Below, piece after piece: positions 27,735 through 37,100 of a stretch of DNA of 64,000 nt. The position numbers were made by a program, and so were the translations under genes. A model generated the notes under the pieces. It saw only the letters and a list, made by a program, of their open reading frames with translations, ran no database searches and was not told the origin of the DNA. Location: positions 7,703 to 71,702 of the forward strand of contig CAZIVT010000001.1 of the NCBI GenBank assembly GCA_964543075.1, given 5' to 3'. How positions within the stretch are numbered: position 1 is the stretch's first letter; each line of letters opens with the position of its first letter. The DNA comes from an uncultured Candidatus Saccharibacteria bacterium (GTDB taxonomy: Bacteria > Patescibacteriota > Minisyncoccia > Phycocordibacterales > PALSA-1337).

Positions 27735-28121
27735 GATATATGTGGTTTTTAATACGGAACTTTTTATAAACGCACTATCGTAGAGATGTGACGCATCTCA
27801 TAGGTACCATTATAGATGACCCTCATATCTCTGTCTTGTGGAAAAGTGCCAATTTGTCACAACTTCTATACTGTCCGGATATGGGCAGTATCTGAGTGAG
27901 ACGATTTGGATCTATACATTCTTTCTCTATGTTCCATCCTCACCATATATATAGTATGCGCAGACAGAACACTCATTCCGCGTTTCTGCCGTACATACAT
28001 GTCTAGTCAATTACATCCACAAATACGATCTGCCCGTACACAAAACTGTATATTTTACGAACTCAATTATACGGCTTAAAACCGTTTGATTTACTATATA
28101 TTTATCAAGGTTTAGTATAGT

Positions 28122-31100
28122 TTAGTTATCTGTCTGCTCATCACTACCTGAGTCATCAGATACAGTTGAACTGTCCTGATCTCCTTCTGTGCTTCCCTGC
28201 TGTGATCCATCGCCTTGGTCATCTGACGTCTCGGTCGATGTGTCGACGCTCTCATCAGTGGTCGTCTCGCCATCCTCTGTCGAGGTCACCGTATCGTCTG
28301 CCTCATCAGAGGGGACTTGATCGACATCATCCTCTACTTCACTGTCTAAATCATCGGTACTTGGTGTAGTGGTCGCGGCCAAATCATCGTCTGGATCGGT
28401 GTTCGGAGTAGTGGTCGCTGTGGAGCCATCATCTGCCACTGGCGGCGTAGTGGTCGCCTGAGCATCTCCTGTCTGATCTCCTTGAGGGTCATCTGGACCA
28501 TTCGTTGACTGATCTGGCTCAGGCGTTGTCTGATCGTCATCTTGCATCGTCTGATCATCGACATGCTGATCAGATCCTATAGACTGCTCGGCACATGATC
28601 CGAGCCGCTTGACCCAGTCTCCATCGGAGATCTGCACGCAGTAGATGTCGCCCGTGGTCGCATCAGTCATCTCGAGGCCATTGGAGACCGCGGCCGTCTG
28701 TACCTCGATGCGCTCGGCGTAGATGATGCGCGCGGTGAAGACGTCGACCGCCCATTCTCCGGCATCTCTGAACAAACCGATAACCGCCTCAGCGATACGT
28801 CCTATGAATGACTGGTCGAGCGAGAGCGCTGCGGCTGTCGTAGAAGCGATGGTAGTAGTCGACGTCGAGGCGAGCTGTCCTTCGAATACATTGAGCGCGA
28901 GCTCCTCGATCTGGAGCTGCTGTTCCTGGACTGCTTTGACGAGGAGGGCTGTCATATCCTCATAGCGGACGCCTCTCGGGGTCGTGCCGTCGAGCTCAGT
29001 GAAGATGAGACGAGGGTCTATCTCCCCTACCTCCTCGGCGAGGAAGCCGACGCGAGCGTCGTCACTGCCGTTGTACAGGAAGGATACGGGGCGGAGCTGT
29101 TTGAGCTCATCGAGACCGACCGAGAGATCGGAGACGCTGTTCTTGAAGCGGGCCGACGACACGGTACAGGTCTGCGCGCCCGTGTTGACGACGACCTCCT
29201 TGGAAGATGAGAGGCAGAGCGCGTCTCCGGATGAGACGGCTGCGGTTAGGCCATCGAAACCGACGGTTCCTGCCACAGAGAGCTTCCTCCAAGGAGACGT
29301 GGTGCTGATACCGACATATCCTCCAGTACCAGCCCCCTTCACAATGAACACATCGCCTGCCGATGATGATGGGGACGAGATCAGGAAATAATTGCTATTC
29401 GCTGATGATGGAAGTTTCAAGTGCAACACATCGGTAGAATCATTCACAGGATATATATCGAAGCGTGCGCCGATATTTGAACCAGCGTCAGTAGTACCCC
29501 CTTGACCATTGAATGATATAGTTCCTCCATTTACCTGGAACCAATCTGCGCCATTCGCAGCTTCCATCAAGAAGGATGGGTTGGCACCATTTCCACCAAT
29601 ATTGAATACCGAGTCAGTGAAGCTATACAGCCTCTGTCCGAGAGAGCTATACAGATTCATCACATTTGATCCAGTACCCTGAATGTTGACCATGTTGGAC
29701 GCCGTCGTGGTACCTATGCTGACGGTACCATTATCCAATAGCGTGAATTTCGGTACATTGGATGAGTCCGCAACTTGGAAGGTAGTGCCTGTGCCGGTTC
29801 CAGCACCAGTGACTGACAGCCTAGCGAATGGTGAAGTCGTGCCGATGCCGACGTTACCAGACTTGGAAGTTATCGAGTTAGTGCCATTCTCGACTACATT
29901 GAGTGAACCAGCTGTGGAATTGTAATTGATGTATGTATCGCCTTTGGTGAGAGTTGACCCGTTATAGCTCCCTTCAAAGTAGAGCTTCTTGTTGCTTGCA
30001 ATCATGCTGTCATCGCCCGAATACAAACTCAGTGAGTTCTGTGTCAAGAGGCTTGCCGTCACATCCGGTGGAGGCGCATATATGCCAACCATATTCCATG
30101 TTCCCTCGTACTCGTCGAATTCATCTAGGACGAAGAAGTCAATGTATTTTCCAATGAGATTTTGCGTCGTACCGGAATCAGAACCTTTACCGATGTCAGA
30201 TTGTGATTCTACAGTAGTCCTGTCTCCGACGATCGTCGCAGCACCGGAGTTGATATCTCCACTATTCAATACAGTCCACCATTGACCAAAGAGAGTCTTT
30301 CCTCCTGATCCTGTGGCATTGACTTGGACAGGAGAACCTGTAAACGTCGCATTCCCCGTGTAGAACGCATCTACATCGAAGAATGATTGATCTGTATTCT
30401 TGACATAGAGCTGTCCCAAAATATCAAGTTTCGGAATACTGTCTGCCGCTTTGCCGATGGCGATGTTACCTGTCGTAGGATTGATATTGATGGATGATGT
30501 GGCAGTAAGAGTTGTGCCACTTGAAGCATAATACGGGAACTGACCAGCCGTACCACTCCCAACCGTCCCTGACCCGCTCCCTCCTCCGACGCACGTGCCG
30601 TTGATGGCGAAGCAACCAGAGGAGATATTGATGCCGTTTGCGAATGTGCTCGTCGCTGTCGACGTGGCTGTGAAGTAGCCGGCGACCACTTGCCCTGCTA
30701 CGGAAAGCTTGGCATATGGCGACGTAGTGCCGATACCGACGTTGCCGGACGAGTTGACAATAAATCTATCACCATCTGCATTTGGTGTTGAGGAAACAGC
30801 AAAGTCATCTACTACTTCTATCTGAAAATCTGGATCCGTATCTCCAACACCGAGCTCGCCGCTCACCGCCTCAAGTCTCATCCTCTCGTTCGTACCTATA
30901 GTCTGCAAATCTCCACCGGCATTCCATGACCAGTGGTTCGAACCAGAATTCACTGTAAAGAACTGGACTTCTCCTGAATTGATTCCTACTCCACTACGAG
31001 CACTCGCCCCGCCGTTATACCAATACATGTTCGGTTCTTGGAAAATATTGGTCCCGAAATCGATGTAGTCAGTAACTGACACTGTACCCTTATTAGTTAT

Positions 31101-34100
31101 ATTGAACAACGTAGTCGTCGCAGATGCGGTAGTTGATGATATTCTGAACAAATTAGTGTAGGCCTCTCCGTCATTGCCATAGAAATGGAATTTTGATGTC
31201 GGATTGATCCCTGTTATACACCCAGCACACAAAGCAGTATTGCCGATCAGTCTTGCATAATAATTTGGACTAGTTCCATCGATTTGTAGACCACCCGAAA
31301 GAGTCGAGGTTGATAACGGTTGACTATTCGTTATCCAACCTGCCCTGAACGGAAGACGCGAAGAAGTAGTTTGGACCAATCCCTCAATCGCATACGGATT
31401 GTACGAAAACGCATGGTTCGACTCATCTCCAAGCCATACTGACAACGGTTGGCCATAGTTCATGTAATTGCGATACAACAGCTGTCCTGAAGAATCGAGG
31501 ATTGTGAGGCCAAAATCAGAAGATACGCGCGAGTTATCCGCTGTCGAATTCATAAATCTGACGATAGGGCCGGTTGTATTTGTAAAATGAGAACCTTTAA
31601 GGTTGAGATCCGTAACCGCAGCATTGACTTTGATGGCACCGTCAGACGGCACATTTTGCGTCCACAGGTTTTCGACGTCGATGTTATATATCGTCGTCTC
31701 TATCGGTGTATATTGCGATTCATCATGACCAATCTGGATAACTGAACTCGTCCCTGTCGTGCCTGAATATGCGGTGCCTGTATTTTCGATATGACCTCCG
31801 AGTTTTACCGTATTCGTCCCCTGACCACCGATAAGGTACACAATGCGATTGGACGCTCCTGTCATGTAAAATTCTGCAACCGTTGTATTGTTGTTGCGAT
31901 TCTCACTTGCGAGCTCAATACAGATATCGTTTGAGTTACACCTGCCATCAAGAAACCATGAATCAGCCTTATATCCACCAGCAAATCCACGGCGGTTATT
32001 ATAGAAGGCTACGTTGCGACCTTCTACATATGTGATAGACGACAATGACGTCGTGCCTGTCTTCATCGCCGCATCTCCCCAATATTGGAACATCACATTA
32101 TCGATCGAGATGTTTCCTGTCGGGTTTGGAGTAGTCTCAATCCACCAACCAGTCGTATTATCATTTGTGACGGGAGATCCTGTCGATGGTCCAACGATAG
32201 CGATATCTTTGAATGAAGCGAGGCCTTTCAGAAATACGCCTGTACCTGTGTATTTCCACTGAGAATTCCTATTTCCAAGAACCAGTCCTCCGCGCACACC
32301 AAGTGTTGCGTTGTCACAGAATGTTGTAAATTCATGTGACCCGCTATCTCTATACGTTCCAGACGGAAAGTAGAGAATCCCGCATGAATCAGCAAAATCA
32401 GAGAATGCGCTGGCAATTGCGGCGGTATCATCAGAAACACCATCTCCAACTGCGCCATAATCTTTGACATTGAATACTTCAAGTGAAGTACTTGCGAGAT
32501 CAGCGAACGTCGGCAGGCCGAGCGAGCTGGTAGCCGTGAGCGCATACCCTCCTGAGGCATTGCCGAGGAGGATCTGGCCATATGACGGAGCTGAGGTGAG
32601 GCCAGTTCCTCCGTAGAGGACGCCGATCGATGAGGTCGCAGAGACGACACCTCCGTTGGCTTGGAGCGGGCCGTTGAGGGAGCCGATAGTGAGGGTGGAA
32701 TTGAAGGCGGCCGATCCACCGAACGTGTTGGAGCCATTGAAAGCCTGGGTACCAGTGAATGTGTTGCTGGCATACGTCTTGGGGATGGTGGATGAGGCGC
32801 TGATGTAGCTGTTCACCAGGGCGTTGGAGTAGTAGAGGTTGGAGGAGCCCTGAGTGAGGCCATCAGTAGTAGTGGCATACCAAGAAGTTTGTGTGAGGTA
32901 TGTTGCGGCAGCCGATGCAGAGGTTAGATACAAAGAGAGGTCAGTGAACGTTGGCATCCCCAGCGAGCTGGTAGCTACCCACTGTGTGCCTGATCCGGTG
33001 GATTGGAGGATGGAACCGAGAGAGCCGGCTGAAGTTGAGCCATCATAGAGCTGGCCTGAGACCCGGAGGTTGGTAGCGAGGAGGTTGGGTAGCGTGGAAG
33101 TCGCTGAAGTCGATGTCGCGGTGAAGTAATCGGCTCTGACGTCTTGGTTGAATACTCCCCTGCCGTCGACAGAGAGCTTGGCATACGGAGACGTGGTGCC
33201 GATGCCGACGTTGCCGCCCATGAAGTTGGCGACGACGGGATTGGCCTGCGTCGTCGAGGCGACGAAGGCGGAGATCGTGCCGCGGGAGAAGATGCCGGAG
33301 ATGCCCGCAGTGAGACCACCCTGGGCATAGATGTCGCCGCCAATGAGAACATTGTTCCTGACACTGACGGTGCCCGCCTCTACGGATCCGGCATATGTAG
33401 ACGGCGTCTTGAATCCATCGATGCGCGCGATCTTGAGGCCAGACGACCCTGCCGTCAGATAGGCATATGTGCCCGATACGAAGCTCCTCGTCGAGACAGT
33501 CGTCAATGTCCCGACCAGCGATGGTGCCGATGGTCGAGAGACGTCGACGACTACGAACTGCTGATTGCCGGGCTCTGCGTTGTTCATATACGCATAGTCT
33601 CCAAAGACGCGTATGCTCGATGATATGTAGTCTGCCCCACTCGTATATGAGCCGACTAGCGATGGAGACACGGGATTTGATACATCGATGATCAACATCC
33701 CTGATCCGAATCCATCCGCCAGATATGCATACCTGTCAGACACATACACTGCCGTAGCTGTACCAGCGCTGTTGTACGTCCCTACCAACACCGGTGACAC
33801 CGGATTGGAGATATCGACGATTTGCAGACCTCCGGTATCATCAGCGACATAAGCATACGGTCCGACGACATACACGGCATTAGCGAATCCGCTGGTGTCA
33901 TACGAGCCCGTCGTCCGTGGCGCGCGCGGATCGGAGATATCGATGACTGATATGCCTGATCCTCCTGTAGCCACATAGAGGAACTTGCCCGACGGATAGA
34001 TGCCGTAGGCGTTGATCGAGGTCACTGTCCCTACGACAGCGGGAGATGCAGGATTGGAGACATCGATGATCCTGATCCTGAAGTTGGCGGAATCCCAGAC

Positions 34101-37100
34101 GTATAGATAGTCGGCGGATCCGGTGATAGTGGTGGCTGTGCCGGAGATATCATACGTCTTGACCAGAGTCGGAGCTCGCGGATCTGACACATCGAGGATC
34201 TGTATGCCTGACGTGCCATCTGCCACATATCCATACGTGCCGGATACGAAGACGTCTACGGAGCTTCCTGATGTATCGTACGATCCGACCAACGTGGGCG
34301 ATCCTACAGCACTATGGACGATGCTTCCCCCGGCTATAGCGAGCTTTGTCGTAGTCGTAGCAGTTGTGGTACCGATCAGGACTGCTCCTCCACTCGTCGC
34401 GAGATACGCGCTCGCGGATGATGTGAGCGCGGTCGTGGAGGCATAGGGGAATGTCGACGCTGTCGTCGAGGTCGCGGTGAAGTAAGATGCTCGCGTCTCT
34501 CCCGTGGAGAGGATCGTCAATTTGGCTGAGTCTGAAGGGCCGATCATGGTAGAGTTCGCGATCGCATTGGTGATACCTGATCCGAATACAGAAGCGCCTC
34601 CGGCGGAAACTACGTTGTTGTAGCCGAACGCGGACGATGCGTTGCCAGAAGCGGTATTCAATCTTCCGAATGCGGATGTCTCTACGTTTGAAGCAGTGTT
34701 GTTGGTTCCGAAAGCGGATGAGGAATTGGCTGACGCGGTGTTGCTATAACCGAAGGCGGAAGATACCGAGAGACCACTCGCCACATTGAGCGCTCCGACA
34801 GTGATCGCGGCTGATACTCCGGAAGCTCTGTTGTCGTAGCCCAACGCGACGGCAGAGTTGCCTGACGCAACATTGGCGGATGACGATCTCCCGCTTTGAA
34901 TATCGATGGAGTCAGAACCGCGCGCGTTGCCAGTGACATCTCCGGCGACTACGGAACCATTGGAGCGAGCTATGTCGAGGGCTCCGGCGATGGATACATC
35001 ATAGGCAAAGGTCGATGTCGCTGAAGTGGATGTGGACGTGATGTAATTGACGGTCGGAGATGTAGATGCCGCCAAAGCTGACGTGCCCCCAGGCGAGTAC
35101 ACCCAGCCTTGTCCAAATGAGCTACCCCCTGTCCCACCCTGAGATACATCGAGCGTCCCTGAGATGGATGAGAAAGCGATCCCCAGCGAGCTGGTAGCTA
35201 CCCACTGTGTGCCTGATCCGGTGGATTGGAGGATGGAACCGAGAGAGCCGGCTGAAGTTGAGCCATCATAGAGCTGGCCTGAGACCCGGAGGTTGGTAGC
35301 GAGGAGGTTGGGTAGCGTGGAAGTCGCTGAAGTCGATGTCGCGGTGAAGTAATCGGCTCTGACGTCTTGGTTGAATACTCCCCTGCCGTCGACAGAGAGC
35401 TTGGCATACGGAGACGTGGTGCCGATGCCGACGTTGCCTGCGATGAGGGTGCCACTATAGTCCGACAACGTACCATTTCCTACAGCGAGCACTCCTGCGC
35501 CATATCTGGAGAGTCCAACATCAGGTGAACCATCATAGTAGTGGCTGCCACTCCTCCACGCCTGGAGATACCCACTGCCCATATACATAATGTTTCCATT
35601 CGATGCTGATATGTCTATCCCGGATTGCCCCAATCTAACCCCATTACCTGTAAAGACACCGAATTGATTCAAATTACCTGAACCGACAACAACACTGCCT
35701 GCCGTGGTTATGTTCCCCGCAACATACGCATTCCCCGTCGTCGTCGCATTACCCGAGATGGTGAGACCTCCGGTGGTGCTCCCGTCACCGATGGTGGTCG
35801 AGGCATATGAGGTCAGGCCTCCAGTGAATGAGAGCGCAGTGGAGGTGGCGTTGGAGGGGAATGGGTATGCGAACGAGGCATAGCTCCCAAGATCAGCGAA
35901 CGTCGGCAGGCCGAGGGACGAGGTGGCCGTGAGCGCGTATCCTCCCGAGGCATTACCGAGGAGAAGCTGTCCATATGTGGGAGCGGAGGTGATACCGGTT
36001 CCCCCGTAGAGGACACCGACGGAAGAGGTAGCGGAGACGACGCCGTTGTTAGCCTGCAACGGGCCATTCAGGGAGCCGACAGTGAGGGTGGAATTGAAAG
36101 CGGCCGATCCACCGAACGTGTTGGAGCCATTGAAAGCCTGGGTACCAGTGAATGTGTTGCTGGCATACGTCTTGGGGATGGTGGATGAGGCGCTGATGTA
36201 GCTGTTCACCAGGGCGTTGGAGTAGTAGAGGTTGGAGGAGCCTTGGGAGAGATCGTCAGTGGTCTTGGTGGTGAACCAGTAGTCGGTCGAGGTAGTAGCC
36301 CAGCGAGAGACCGTGGAATCCCAATACACGGCAGAGGTCGTCGAGAAGGAGTTGGCGAGGTAGTAGCTGCCCTCCTGGCCATCCAGGGTGCCTGTCCAAT
36401 CACCGGCCGTCGAGAGCGAGATGATATTGTTGGAGATAGAAAGCGGAGACGTAGCTGAGGTGATGCGATTCTGGTAGGAAGAGTTCCATTCCGTCGTCGA
36501 AGCGACAAGCGGTATGACATACCCTGTCGTGGTCGAGAGGACGCCGGTCGAGGAATTGTATGAGAGACCGACGACGTCCTCGGAGATGGCTGCGCGGGCA
36601 CGAGCGTCAGTGTAGTAGAGATTGGATCCTTCGGCGATATTGGTGGTGAGCAGGCCCAAGGATGAGGTAGCGAGCTGCTGCCATCCGCCGCCAGCATATG
36701 ATCCGAGCAAAATACCGGCCGCTGACGGACTGGAGATACCCGTACCTCCCCCACCAGCAGAAAGCGTGCCGGATATCGTAGCAGGAGCGAAGGTGAAGGT
36801 GGAGCCTGAGTTGGTGATGCCGTTCGAGATGGTGAGACCATTCCATGAAGCAGCCGAGGAAGTAGCGAAGGTGAGCGCGCCGGTCTGAGCGGAGCCGTAT
36901 GTCTGTTGGAGCGATGTTACAAACGCTGATGACGTGGCGATCTGATAGAGCGTGCCACTATTGGCGCCGATGAGGCCAGAGAGAGATCCGAGGACAGGGG
37001 CATTGGCGAAAGAGTTCGAGCCGCTCCAGGTGTTGTTGTCGGAGAGGATGGTAGATGAAGCAGTCGATATGGTGATCGAATCGCCCGCATTGAAGGCCGT